The translations under genes and the position numbers were made by a program. The notes under the pieces are model-generated. The model searched no databases, had not been told where the DNA came from, and saw only the letters and a list, made by a program, of their open reading frames with translations. A DNA stretch of 61,875 nt, counting the filler. It is 9 parts of 9 records of this genome, joined end to end, with 100 filler letters (N's around TTAATTAATTAA, not from the genome) between each part and the next. Parts side by side here need not be neighbours in the genome. Positions count along the whole stretch, not along the records: positions 17,855 to 23,786 come from SRR31147125_68514; positions 23,887 to 29,328 come from SRR31147125_68607; positions 29,429 to 35,698 come from SRR31147125_68608; 6 more parts are not named here. The stretch is one strand, 5' to 3'. Positions 21,607 through 33,480 of this stretch are shown here, piece after piece; position 1 is the first letter of the stretch, and every line of letters starts with the position of its first letter.

Positions 21607-21658
21607 AAGAACGTACTGGAATGAACCAGTACGTTCTTGAGTTTGGTACTCGCTCGCT
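21607..21658 (-). terminator. Intrinsic terminator preceded by a tRNA-like CCA 3' end (possible att scar)
   Basis: 13-bp perfect stem AAGAACGTACTGG/CCAGTACGTTCTT with a U-tract on the minus strand. Preceded by GCGAGCGAGTACCA. Confidence 0.55.
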
Positions 21659-21961
21659 GTAGATTTATGTTTGTGTAACTCTTTTGTTATCAGTATGTTG
21701 TTATGTATAAGTGCTATCTTTGTTCATTGCCCGCACCATTGTAATTGCCGGATTTGAATGTACTGCTCGGTTCGGTACCGGACTATGGTGGATTTTCCTG
21801 TTTAATCTTTTTCTACTGTATTCTTTTGGTGTAGTAGCAGGTCTTGGCTGTTGAGCTTTGCTATCTAGTTCTTTCTCACGCCAAGGTTCTTTGTAGATTA
21901 TGTATCAAGCAATTATGTTGGATCTATTTGTTGTAAACAAAGGTCAAGTAATATTAGACCA

Positions 21962-22546
21962 TTATAATTTCCCTTTAAATTTATAATTAGCAAAATTATA
22001 TGGAGTCATTCGAATTAGGTTTACATACCTATGAGGGTTAGTATACTTCTCTAAAAGGTATTTAGTAATATTCAAGTGATTATTATCAATTGCAATAATA
22101 AGACTACAGTATCCAGTCGTACCAGCAATTTTTTGGGCATCCGCTTTTCCGTTCTCTAAAAGGATTCTAACAACATCAAAATAACCGTTTTCTGATGCAT
22201 AATATAATGGAAAATATCTATTAATCGAATTCTGTTTGTTACCATCTGCACCAGCTTTAATGAGTATTTGTATAATTTCAAGGTGGCGATTCTGGACTGC
22301 TAGAAGTAATGGGAAGTCCCCCGTCAATAGATTAATTTGATTAATATCAACTTTTTCATTAATAAGTATGTTGACTATCTCTGTATGATTATTTTGTACC
22401 GAAATAAGCAGAGGGGAAGTTCCTGTTTTAATATTTTGTGCATTAATGTCAGCTTTTGCATCTAGAAGCATCTTGACAATTTCTGTGTGCCCATTTTGTG
22501 CGGCGAGAAGTAATGGGAAATCTCCATTTTTATTACGATAATTCAT
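21962..22546 (-). CDS. Ankyrin-repeat protein (possibly a degraded or truncated gene)
   Basis: About five G-x-[FS]PLLLA-x-x-NGH-x-EIV repeats. Confidence 0.85.
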   Translation of the reverse strand: MNYRNKNGDFPLLLAAQNGHTEIVKMLLDAKADINAQNIKTGTSPLLISVQNNHTEIVNILINEKVDINQINLLTGDFPLLLAVQNRHLEIIQILIKAGADGNKQNSINRYFPLYYASENGYFDVVRILLENGKADAQKIAGTTGYCSLIIAIDNNHLNITKYLLEKYTNPHRYVNLIRMTPYNFANYKFKGKL

Positions 22547-22648
22547 ACATTAATACTGTATGTGGTTATATAATACTTTATTAAATCACTAATATCATAA
22601 TATACCGCATAATTTAAATAGTATTGATACCCTTTATTAATTATATCC

Positions 22649-23786
22649 TTAACCTGCAGTGACATAAGTTTGGTGGACAACCAATTCAAGGATAGCTATA
22701 ATTAAGCAAAAGGAGTCCATCATGGCAAAGCAGAAAAAGTATTCACAGGAATTTAAAGAAGAAGCAGTAAAGCTTGTTACTAATCAAGGATATTCATATT
22801 CTCAAGCAGCTAGGGATGTTGGAGTTTCCAATGTTACAATGAGAGAATGGGTTCTAAAACTAAAAGCAAATCCTCAGAACCCATCTGCTCCACTCGTCAC
22901 ACCCGAAGCAGTAGAACTCGCAAAGTTACGTAAAGAGATGAAGATATTAAAAAAAGCAGCAGCGTTCTTTGCCAAGGAGAGCCTGTAAAGTACGCATGGA
23001 TTTATTCTCATAAAACAATATATTCAGTTGTGAGAATGTGTAAGGTTCTCAAAGTTAGTAAGAGCGGCTATTATAAACATCTTAATAAGAAGCCTTCAGT
23101 AACAGAGCAGAAACGGAAAACTCTGGCTTTTCACGCTAAGGTATTTCACAAACGTTCCAACGGCATCTACGGCTATAGAAAGGTATATAAAGATTTTACT
23201 GAAGAACTTCCAGAGATTTCATGTTCAATGGATTCAGTCCGTAAGATCATGCATGATACTAATTTATACAGTTGCGTAAAGAATAAATATCGGCATATTG
23301 CAGGTGATCCAGTCAATATGTTTGAGTATCCGGACAATCGTTTGAACCGAAATTACAATGCTTCTAAAATAGATCTTAAATGGGTTGGAGATATAACTCA
23401 GATAAGAACAAAGGAAGGCTGGCTATATCTTTGTGCAGTGATGAATTTGTTTTCCCGAAAGATAGTTGGCTGGTCAGTAAGTACAGAAGCAAATTCAGAT
23501 CTTGTCTGTAAATCAGTGAGAAATGCGCTTGATAGTCGTGGAGTATTCTGGTATATATTATTTCACAGTGATCGTGGTACTCAGTTCAGTAGCGATGAGA
23601 CCCAGGAATTTCTGCTTTCTCATAGTATCGAGAGCAGTATGAGTCCTAAGGGAGATCCATGGAGTAATGCTGTTCAGGAGAACTTCTTTCAGAAACTTAA
23701 ACATGAACTTGTTAAAGGTAGAATATATAGTACGATTGAAGAAGCTAAAAAAGAAATATTCTGGTATATTGAAATATTTTACAATA
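22649..23786 (+). mobile_element. IS3-family insertion sequence (orfA 22722-22988, orfB about 22985 to contig end)
   Basis: OrfA KKYSQEFKEEAV...ILKKAAAFFA. A7G slippery site at 22949-22956. OrfB DDE motifs WVGDIT, HSDRGTQF and QENFF. Left-end-like TTTGGTGGACA. Confidence 0.92.
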
Positions 23787-23886
23787 NNNNNNNNNNNNNN
23801 NNNNNNNNNNNNNNNNNNNNNNNNNNNNNNTTAATTAATTAANNNNNNNNNNNNNNNNNNNNNNNNNNNNNNNNNNNNNNNNNNNN

Positions 23887-24019
23887 TGACCGAATCCCGA
23901 TTGGTAGAATGGCAAAAGAAGATGAATACAATGGGGTTCTTGTATTTATGGCGTCTGATGCATCGAAATATATGACTGGTTCAAATGTTACTGTTGATGG
24001 AGGATGGACAGCTTGGTAA
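23887..24019 (+). CDS. SDR-family oxidoreductase, C-terminal fragment
   Basis: [12 protein letters not shown]...[22 protein letters not shown]. Confidence 0.88.
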
Positions 24020-24096
24020 AAAAACAACTTTGAATGAACTAAATTCATTATTGTAGCTTTGTGATATTTTAATTCTTAGAATACTATTAGGACAAG

Positions 24097-24120
24097 ATGA
24101 GCATCCATATGGATGCTCAT
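24097..24120. terminator. Perfect palindrome, probable terminator after the SDR gene
   Basis: ATGAGCATCCAT/ATGGATGCTCAT. Confidence 0.55.
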
Positions 24121-24147
24121 TTGCGTATTGAAAGATAGAATAATTGC

Positions 24148-25014
24148 TTAGGAGAGTATCATGAATATATATTTAAAGAAAGCAAAGAACCTAGTTAGAA
24201 GCGGCAAAACAATTTTAGCGGCACGTTTATGTTTTCCTTCAAGTTCTTTTTTGATAATGAAATTTAAAACAGCTGGATCATCTGAACTGTTATGTGATTT
24301 TAAACATCTCATAACCTCATATCCGATTTTTCTAAGGTTAGAAGAACCACGTTTTGAAATTTTACGTTCAGTGCCAATAAATTTCCCTGATTGAAATGGG
24401 GGAGCATCAATGCCGGCATATGCAACTAGAGCTTTGCTGCTGTGAAATCTTCTAATATCACTAATCTCAGCAATTAGCTTTGGTGCTTGTACATTACCTA
24501 CACCTCCCATAGCTCGAACAACAGGGTATTCGGGCAATTTTTTGGCTAACTCTTGCATTTGTGTTAAGATTTTAGTACTTTCTATTCTCGTACTCATATA
24601 GTGGCAATATTGTCGCCGTAATAGCTTTAGTTCTTCATAAATAGAAGAGGAAGACTCATAGTTGATTAAATGATACCAGGTATCTAACCTGAATTTAGAA
24701 ATCTCAATAGAATCTTGTTTATCTGTTTTAACTTTTCTAAGACCTTTACATCGATATTGCTTCATTTCAAATGGATTTATTACAGAAACAAAAATATTTT
24801 TATTCTGTAGATAATTCAAAACAGGTAAGTGATATACTCCAGTTGCTTCCATTACAACTCTTAATTCATCATCAAAACGTAATATCATACTTGCTAATTC
24901 TGATAAGTCATTCTCTGTATGTTCAACTTCAAAAGGTGAACTTATTATTTCTCCATATGGTTTTAGAATACATACTGTGTTTTTCCCTTTAGATACATCA
25001 ACTGCTACACTTAT
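24148..25014 (-). pseudogene. IS110-family transposase remnant (start codon lost, internal deletion)
   Basis: ISVAVDVSKGK, VVMEATGVYH, KTDKQDS, AYAGIDAPPFQSG and ISKRGSSNLR motifs. The middle helical region appears missing. Confidence 0.85.
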
Positions 25015-25319
25015 ATGGTGCTAAAGATGCACACCCCTCAAACCCAGTGTACGCAAGGTTGGGTGCGATGCCAACGGTAAAGAATGGGATGTTTAAACAA
25101 ATTACAGTGTGATAATTTATCATGCTACTTTTTTACATTAATTATGAAAGCCAACTATATAAAAATCAAGTAAAAATTGAAAAAATAAAAGATGGTACAA
25201 CAAAAAGAGATATAAATATATCGAAGCACATTGAAAGTTAATATGGTTTTTTGTTAATATGTATCTAAAAACTCAGTATCGTATTTAAGTATAGAAAAAA
25301 TTACATGAATAGGCTCTTT

Positions 25320-25480
25320 AGATGCATGATCAAGAGCTACAATCAGTTTCGTCCACACAGTTCCCTAGGGAACTTAATACCTCAAGACTATGCAGATCAG
25401 GTAACCAGTCAAAGATTATTAAACACTACATAGTCAAAATTTCTGACATTATGATTGGACACATTTTCGGGAAACCCTCA
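25320..25480 (+). mobile_element. IS3-family right-end remnant
   Basis: Translates YNQFRPHSSLGNLIPQDY. Ends in TGGACACATTTTCGGGAAACCCTCA, an IRR-like sequence ending in CA. Confidence 0.7.
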
Positions 25481-25958
25481 ATCTAGTTCAGCGCTAACTT
25501 TGGTTTTGGATCAATTAGTGAGGGCGCTCCACTTTCAACTTGGGCCAATTCTGTGGGGCGTGGTCATTTTATCCCGTCCAGCTTTGCCAATCTGCCTTCT
25601 TCCTCTTGCAGAACCAGCATTATTGACATCTTTTCTTGTCTCCTGTCGAGTTGCTTTCGATTTAAGCTTTTCGGAATCTATTGAAATCAGATATATTATC
25701 ATCTCTTAGTTTTTGTTCAAGCTAGAAAGCTCTTTTTCATCTACAAATAAATAGGCATGTAAGTTAATGGTTTACAAGAAAATTTTGTGTAATATACTTT
25801 CTCGGATACAATGTGTACTACAAGCTGGTTTGCCATGAGATTTATATGTTGAACAAATGAAATAATAAGTGAAGTGGTTTAAGTTTAAGATATTCAAAAT
25901 GGAGAGTTTCTTTATGCTTTTTGCACCAATACAATTAAAACAAATTTACGCTGAAACC

Positions 25959-26965
25959 TTAAATTTTCCTACATGTATCACCGATGATAAACTCGATTGG
26001 AACAACGTGACATCTGCTAGATTCATCTTTTTTTCCTTCGATTGCTTCTTTTATTATTAACTTAGCCATAGAATCGACGTCCTGCTTGATTGTAGTCAGT
26101 TTAGGGTAGAAATGCTCGCTTGCTGTCCCGTCGAATCCGATTATTGACAAGTCTCCAGGGATATTTATACCTAATGAGTTTGATTTATAAACGATACCTT
26201 TTGCAATTTGGTCGTTTGAACATATTATAGCTGTTGGAGGGGTGGGTAGACTTATATAGTATTCTAAAGCTTTAACTCCGGTGGCTATGTCGAAATCTCC
26301 GTAATATATATATTCGTCATATATCTTGTGTTTTTTTCTTCCATATAGTTTATAAAGGCGTTGTATCTGATTTTTCCTGTTCGCATATTTTGAGGACCTG
26401 CTATAAAAGCTATATTTTTGTGATTTAAATTTTCAAGATATGCAATAGCGGTTCTTATACCATTTTCATTATCTGATGTAATTAGCGGATAATTTTCATT
26501 ATCATGGATACGGTCAAAAAGTGTAATCCAAGTCGTATCTGAAGCCTGATTTAGTATGTCAGAAGAAGCTCCCTCTGTAAGTATAATGCAAGAGACTCTA
26601 GTGCTCTGGCAAAATCTCAGATATTCAAGTTCTCTTTCTAAGTTATTTTCTGTATCACAAATGATCAAATGCAGGTTGTGTTCGAAGGCTAATCTGTTTA
26701 ATGCAAAAATCATCTGTGAGAAAAATGGGTTGGTAATATCGTAAACAAATATAGCTAACGTATTGGAGGTTTTAGAAAAAATGTTTTTTGCTAGTTGATT
26801 TGGAACATAATTATTATCCTCAATTATTCTTAATATTTTTTCTCTTGCTTCTTTTGAGGTCTTTTCTGGTGTATTTATGACGCGTGAAACAGTAGCAGTT
26901 GAAACGTTTGCTAATTTCGCAATATCCCTTATAGTTGTTGTGTTGGTTCCACTTTTATATCCCAT
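25959..26965 (-). CDS. LacI-family repressor (apparent frameshift at a homopolymer near 26335)
   Basis: TIRDIAKLANVSTATVSRVIN HTH. The C-terminal IPGDLSIIGFDG...PKLTTIKQ continues in another frame. Confidence 0.92.
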
Positions 26966-27044
26966 TATATCTCCTAGTGCACTAAACTTTGCTCTTTATA
27001 ATATATTATACACAATTTAGCGCTTTCGAGCAATTGAAATTGTT

Positions 27045-27280
27045 ATGTAAACTGTTACATTTTGTTGTTAAAATAGATGAATAAAATGCTAATTGTAACA
27101 AATTAATCTAATAATATTGTAATTATAAATCAAAATACATACCCTTAATGTAACATGTTTCTCATAAAATTCCTTTAGAAAGCATTAAAATAAGCACAAA
27201 AAACGCCTATATTATTAAAAAGCAAAAAAACACTTGACATTTGGCTCGTAAATCAATATATTATAAGTAACAAGTTACAT
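27045..27280. promoter_or_regulatory. Sigma70 promoter of the GRE gene and three LacI-type operators
   Basis: TTGACA (27234), 17 bp, TATATT. Operators ATGTAAACTGTTACAT (27045), ATGTAACATGTTTCTCAT (27148) and AAGTAACAAGTTACAT (27265). Confidence 0.75.
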
Positions 27281-27304
27281 TGATTTAATGAAAGAGGGTA
27301 GAAT

Positions 27305-29328
27305 ATGAATTATAGAACGAGCAAACTTAGAAAAAGATTATTTGAAATCAAACCTCAAATATGTTCAGAGAGATGTAAAATATTTACTGAATCCATGAAG
27401 AAATCTGAGAGTTTGCCTATTGCTATAAGGAAAGCTCAAGGTTTTTATGATGTGTTAGACAAAATGACTATTAACATATTACCTGGAGAATTGATAATAG
27501 GTAATCAAGCAAGTGTTCCAAAAGCATCACCTATATATCCAGAATATTCGTATCAATGGCTTATTGATGAATTTAATGGTGATCCTTACTATATGCATGA
27601 AAGACCAGGCGACAAGTTTTATTATGAAGACAGTGTTCGTGATGAGATATTGGAATGTGTTGAATATTGGAAAGATAAAAGTTTATATGAAACGCTAAGA
27701 AAAACTTTGCCAGAAGAGTATAACAAAGCTTGGGAGGCAAGTATAATTGATGATACTTGGGTCTCAGCAGCAGGGCTTGGAAATGTTGTTGTTGATTACA
27801 ATAAAGTTCTTAAAGTGGGTCTCGAAGGTTATTTAAAAAGAATAGATGAAGCTATTGACAATCTTGATTTAACTGAGCCTGATACTATAAAGAAGCAATG
27901 GTTCTTGCAAGCAGCTAAAATAGGCAATGAGGCAGTTATCAATTTTTCCAGAAGAATATCAGAAAAATGCTCAGAACTTGCTAAAGGTGAGCAAAATGAA
28001 GCTTTAAAACAAGAGTTAATTGATTTAGCTGAAATAAGTAAGAGAGTTCCAGCTAAACCAGCAAGAAATTTCCACGAAGCGGTTCAATCAATTTGGATAT
28101 TATTATTAGCTGTTCACTTAGAATCAAATGGGCATGCTTTTTCATTAGGAAGATTTGACCAGTACGTGTATCCCTTTTACAAGCAAGATCTAAAAGACAA
28201 CAATATAACAAAAGATGAAGCTTTAGAGATTATTGAAGCATTCTTTATTAAGTGTAATGAGCTTAATAAACTTAGATCGTGGCCTGATTCAGCTTTCTTC
28301 TTAGGATATCAGATGTTTATCAATATTGCTGTTGGTGGTCAGACAAAAGATGGAATTGATGCAACTAATGAAGTTTCATTTCTATGTGTTGAAGCTTGTG
28401 CGAATGTAAAATTGTTTACACCATCAATTGCAATCAAATGGCATGAAAATATTGATGTTAACCTAATGGATGCTGCACTAAAAGCGGTTCATTTGCATCA
28501 AGGCGGTCAACCAGCTTTCTATAACGATATTATCTTTATGGAAATTATGGAGAACATGGGTATAGATAAAGACGATTGGTGTGACTGGGCTCCTGTTGGT
28601 TGTATAGAAGCTTCTATACCAGGCAAGTGGGATTTTGCTGCTAAGGGTCCTTGGATGAGTGTGGAAAAAGTTTTGGAAGTGACGCTTAATAATGGAACAG
28701 ACCCTTCTACTGGATATACTTTCCTTGAAACTACAAAGGAAATAAAAGATATTGAAAGCATTGATGAGTTGTTTAAGGAATACAAAAAACAGCTAAGATA
28801 CTTTATTGATATGCAAGTTAAGGTTGAGCATATTAATGATGCAATTCATGTAGAAAAAGATATAAATGCATTTAGAGCTTCCTTAATTGAGGATTGCATT
28901 GGAAGAGGAAAAGGGTTAATAGAGGGTGGATCAAAATATTCGGCTGATGGCGGTCCTACTGCTGGCATAATAAGTTCTGGGGATAGTCTAGCTGCTATAG
29001 AAGAGATTGTTTTCAAACAGAAGAAAATTACAATGCAACAAATGTTGCATGCATTAACAACAAATTATGAAGATAAAACAACAAATCCAACCGGAGAGCA
29101 AATTAGACAAATAATGAAAAATGTTGCTCCAAAGTTTGGTAACGATGAGGACAAGGCAGATAAATGGAGTATTGCTGTTGCAGATATTATTGGAAGTACT
29201 TATAGAAATGAATGCAAAAATTCAAGATATGGCAAAGGACCAGTTCCGGCATGTTACTCATTAAGTCAGAGTCCTGTTTCGGGCAATGTAGCATTTGGAT
29301 CTGGAGTTGGGGCGACTCCAGATGGGAG
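27305..29328 (+). CDS. Glycyl radical enzyme, YbiW/PFL2-related, substrate unknown (3'-truncated)
   Basis: ICSER, ELIIGNQ, ESNGHAFSLGRFDQY, Cys loop VGCIE, APKFGND and GATPDG motifs. Single Cys (no PFL CC pair). Confidence 0.92.
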
Positions 29329-29612
29329 NNNNNNNNNNNNNNNNNNNNNNNNNNNNNNNNNNNNNNNNNNNNTTAATTAATTAANNNNNNNNNNNNNNNN
29401 NNNNNNNNNNNNNNNNNNNNNNNNNNNNGAAGTTACAAACTTCGATTTTTTTTCGAAGTATCTTTCATCCACCACAACATTCAAAAGCAATAAAATGATT
29501 TTTGAATATCTAAGTATGTTTATGATTTATAGAGATATAATAGTGTGACAATTAAATATAATTGTGTTTATTTGTCAGATAAAAGCTATGTTAGGCTAAA
29601 AAAACTAAAATC

Positions 29613-30413
29613 ATGTTCAGGGGAAGTTTAATTATATTTTCGCTAGTTATTTTCTTTTGTTCTTGTGAGAAAAGTGAACAAAGTAATACCGATTCTAACT
29701 ATCCAACAACTATATATACCATTGATAGTTATAAGTTAACTGAGATGAGAAATAACTATTTTCATCGAAATCCTTATCTGGTATCAGATTTAAGTGAATT
29801 TGGTTTTTGTGATGTTGGTTCTCGAGATATAGATTTGCCGCCGCTATCTGATTCAATAAGTAGGGAAGGTGCAATTGAAATTTTTAGAATGTTTATTGAT
29901 TCCAATAAACTTGAAACGGGAATTAACTCTTATCAATACCTACAAATAAGTGAAGTAAATGAATATTCTACAACGCCAGAAATTAATTCTCATTGGTATA
30001 TTTTAACAAAAAATCAAAAGATAGACTCTTTAGAAGTTTTAAACACACAACTAGGAGTAAGGATTTATAATGGTCATGTCACAATTTGTACAGGACATCA
30101 ATACCCTGAAATTCATGTTCCTTCTGAATATAATTACAGTCTTGAAGATGTTAAACTTAGTTTACTAAATAAAACTGTTAGGCATTTTGGTGGGAGGTAT
30201 GAATATTTTTATACCATTGAACAAGAGGATTTAAGTATGAGTAGTTCAAGATTAATAATTGTACCAAAAATTATGGAAGAAATTATCGAAGTTAGAGTTT
30301 GTTGGGAGGTAAATTTTCCCGCTCCAATATATTATGAATTCTGTATTGATGTAATGGATGGTGAGATAGTAAAAGAACAACCAACAATTATTGTTGGTGA
30401 TTGGGGTGCTTGA
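29613..30413 (+). CDS. Hypothetical lipoprotein with PepSY-like C-terminus
   Basis: Lipobox-like FFCSC-EK. C-terminal CWEV...IDVMDGEIV. Confidence 0.65.
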   Translation: MFRGSLIIFSLVIFFCSCEKSEQSNTDSNYPTTIYTIDSYKLTEMRNNYFHRNPYLVSDLSEFGFCDVGSRDIDLPPLSDSISREGAIEIFRMFIDSNKLETGINSYQYLQISEVNEYSTTPEINSHWYILTKNQKIDSLEVLNTQLGVRIYNGHVTICTGHQYPEIHVPSEYNYSLEDVKLSLLNKTVRHFGGRYEYFYTIEQEDLSMSSSRLIIVPKIMEEIIEVRVCWEVNFPAPIYYEFCIDVMDGEIVKEQPTIIVGDWGA

Positions 30414-30500
30414 CAAAATAAATATTTAATTAACTAGTTTAGACGACAGAGTGGAAGATGAAACATTATAAAAATAGATAGAATCTGAGATAAGGTAACG

Positions 30501-31370
30501 ATGAATTTTTTAAACAAAGAATATTCGAAATACAATCCTGCTCATAAATCCTGGAAAAATGGTTTATTCTCAGCTATAGTCGTATTATTAATCTTGCTCT
30601 TATTTCAGCCATTTGGATTGCAAGATAAGGATGCTGCGTTAAAACTACTTTTATTTCCTGCATACTCTTTATCTGCTTTCTTTCATTGCACAACTACTTT
30701 CGTTGTTGTACGATATATTCTTAAAACAAAAAAAAGCTGGACTATAAAAAATGAGTTGTTAAGCTTTGTTCCGAGAATGATTATCCTAGCGCTAATAATT
30801 CACCTGATTTCTTTTTGGATTACAGGTGATATGCCCTTTAACTTATATTGGTATTTTAAATTGTTTTACCATTGTTTAAGTCTTTTTGTAATAATTTCTA
30901 TTCTCGAGTACTTATATTATAGCAATCAGTCAGCAGATGTTCGGATCGAGAATTTGTCTTCACAGATTAATATCTACTCACAGCGTATTGAAAATGCGAA
31001 AATCAAGAATAACAGCGAAAATGTTACCATTTCGTTAGAAAAAAATTCACTTGACATCAATAGAAATAAGGTTGCATATATTCAGTCGAGTGGCAACTAC
31101 CTAGAGATATTTTTGCTTGAAACGGGAGGCCAAATCAACAAATTAGTTAAAAGAGGTAGAATCCATCAGGTTGAAAAAGATTTAGAAAATTGGTTGGAAT
31201 TTTTTAGATGTCACCGGGCATTTATTGTAAATCTGAAATATGCTAAACAAATTAAAGGCAACAGCAAAAATGCAAGACTCATTATGGATGGCAATGTCGA
31301 TGAGATTCCTGTTTCCAGATCGACTTTCAAAACCCTAAAAGAACAACTACAAAAAATAATTGTAGAGTAA
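30501..31370 (+). CDS. Membrane-bound LytTR-domain regulator
   Basis: Four TM helices, then YIQSSGNYLEI, FFRCHRAFIVN and IPVSRS. Confidence 0.9.
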   Translation: MNFLNKEYSKYNPAHKSWKNGLFSAIVVLLILLLFQPFGLQDKDAALKLLLFPAYSLSAFFHCTTTFVVVRYILKTKKSWTIKNELLSFVPRMIILALIIHLISFWITGDMPFNLYWYFKLFYHCLSLFVIISILEYLYYSNQSADVRIENLSSQINIYSQRIENAKIKNNSENVTISLEKNSLDINRNKVAYIQSSGNYLEIFLLETGGQINKLVKRGRIHQVEKDLENWLEFFRCHRAFIVNLKYAKQIKGNSKNARLIMDGNVDEIPVSRSTFKTLKEQLQKIIVE

Positions 31371-31541
31371 ATTTCCACTTCATCACTTTTTAAGACAATA
31401 TGTACCTAATCGTTGGTATATGTTGGATTCGCTATTAGGTTTGTCCACATATAGAATGATATCACCAATCAATTTGCATGAATTGGATTGGGTGTGGGTG
31501 CCTCAAATTTCACCATGTATTTTAAAATTATAAACGAAAAG

Positions 31542-33145
31542 ATGAAAATAAAAAAAGTACTAATTATAGCGGGAATAATATTTTTAGTGTTGGGGATTTT
31601 TTCTGGTTTTGTTGTTTCAATCCGTGTAAAAAATCAAGTAAAAGAATTATTTAAAATGAACAAAGCCTTGCAAGAAGAGGGCTACTATATGGCCGAGTTT
31701 GAATTCCGTTTGCTTGGATTTGGATATTATCTTGATAAAGGTCAATATAGGAAATCACTGAAGCTGTTGTCTGATTATCAAACAAAACTAAGTAATAAAG
31801 AAGGATTGATTAAGATTCCGGAGTTTAAAAACAATCAGGAGGAAATAGACTTTTACCTCAACCTACAAAATCCGAAAACCGGAGCATTTATTGATGAAAC
31901 AGCTCCGTTCTGTGTCTATTATGAGGTATCTAAAAATATTATTGATCATATTGTTTCGTTGGTCGATTCATCAACAGCGCCTTTTAAATTAAAATACCCA
32001 ATAACTTTTCTCGATTCAATTAGCGCGCCGGACAACCTGGTTGCACATTTAGACGATATATCTTATGTTGGTTGGATCGCAGCACAATTTCCACAAACAA
32101 CATTTCATTTTGCCCGGAATATTCTGGGGGCAGCCAGGTCTGATAATACTTTTGAAGCATATAATCTGTACACGTTCTCACCCGAATGGAAACACACCAT
32201 GCTGCAATGGATGTACGATTTTCAGGATTCAACAACTGGAATGTGGGGGCCAAAAAACAGGCGAAATCATAAACTAATGTATCTTGATTTGAATAACACA
32301 AAATCAATTGTGAAAATTTCAGGGATAAGTCCGGGAATGACTTACACAAAGAATTTCCTTTAAAATATGGAAATAGGTTGTTTAAGACTGCGATTAATCA
32401 ATTGTCAGCATCATACCCGGCTGAAGATGATTTGGGTAATATTCATGAATGGAACCTGAGACAAGCAAAAGGATTATCGATGCTATTGGAATATTTGTGG
32501 GATGATGCTACAATGGAAGACAAGAAAAATATAAAGAATGTTATTGCGAGAAATATCGATATTTGTTTTGAGAATTATTATGTAAAAGAAGAAGGGGCAT
32601 TTAGTTATTACCCGGATTCAGAATCGGCATCACCTGATGGGATTTCAAATTTAATTTTTAAAGAGATAGGTGCCTATTCATCCAAAAAACAGAAGAAGCT
32701 GTGGGGCGATCCTTTTGAAAATATCAAAGATTTGGATGAGCATCATGTTAATGGTATGGATAGTATAAATTTGGGAATCATATTAAATATTTCGGGCATT
32801 AATTCTTTTAGGATTTATTCTTGTATGCCTGATTATGTAAATCTTACTGATAATGTATGGGCCGTATATTATCCGAAGAATACCCCTGTTCTTGATGTTA
32901 TGGAGCTAGTACCAAACATCGTTAATTGGACAGAAACATCTCCGCTTTCAATAGGAAATTGGAAATCCATGGCTGGCATCCAAACCAGATATTCAAAATA
33001 TAATATAGAGAAACCAGTAATTTTAAGAAGTGAGTATTTCATTCAAGAAATAAATGAAAAACTAAAAGAATCTTCAGAATTATATCTTATTGGGTTTGAT
33101 AAACTACAGATACCAAGGTGTAAAATCGGATATAAGCTTTTGTAG
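31542..33145 (+). CDS. Hypothetical membrane-anchored protein with prenyltransferase/cyclase-like repeats (apparent frameshift near 32315)
   Basis: N-terminal TM. Repeats LNLQNPKTGAF, YDFQDSTTGMWG and YVKEEGAFSYY. Two ORFs join across one frame change. Confidence 0.6.
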
Positions 33146-33441
33146 GTGAATGAAATCGTGTGAAATATAGTTAAAAAATCAACATCAATAAAAACAAATA
33201 GCACCATTCTAAAAAAGTCTATAAGGCGTTTTATATTCATTCTAACCAAAAGGCAAAAGCGATTATTAGCCTATTAAAATTTTATTTTGAATAAATGAAG
33301 TGTCGTCTCAGCTTTATGGGTTAGTAATTCAAATTATGTATTTTATTTACTTCGTTAGATATATAATTTATTTTGTTAAAAAAATAATATACAGGCAAAA
33401 TGAATAACATTGGAGATATAAACGAAGTTTTTTTGTTTTTA

Positions 33442-33460
33442 ATTAACATTAAGTGTTAAT
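33442..33460. promoter_or_regulatory. Palindromic operator upstream of higBA
   Basis: ATTAACA-TTAAG-TGTTAAT, about 20 nt before the toxin start. Confidence 0.6.
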
Positions 33461-33480
33461 AATTGTTTTATATTTGATTG

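Noticed and set aside
27305-29328. Pyruvate formate-lyase call
   Set aside because: It lacks the adjacent Cys-Cys pair and has GCIE instead.
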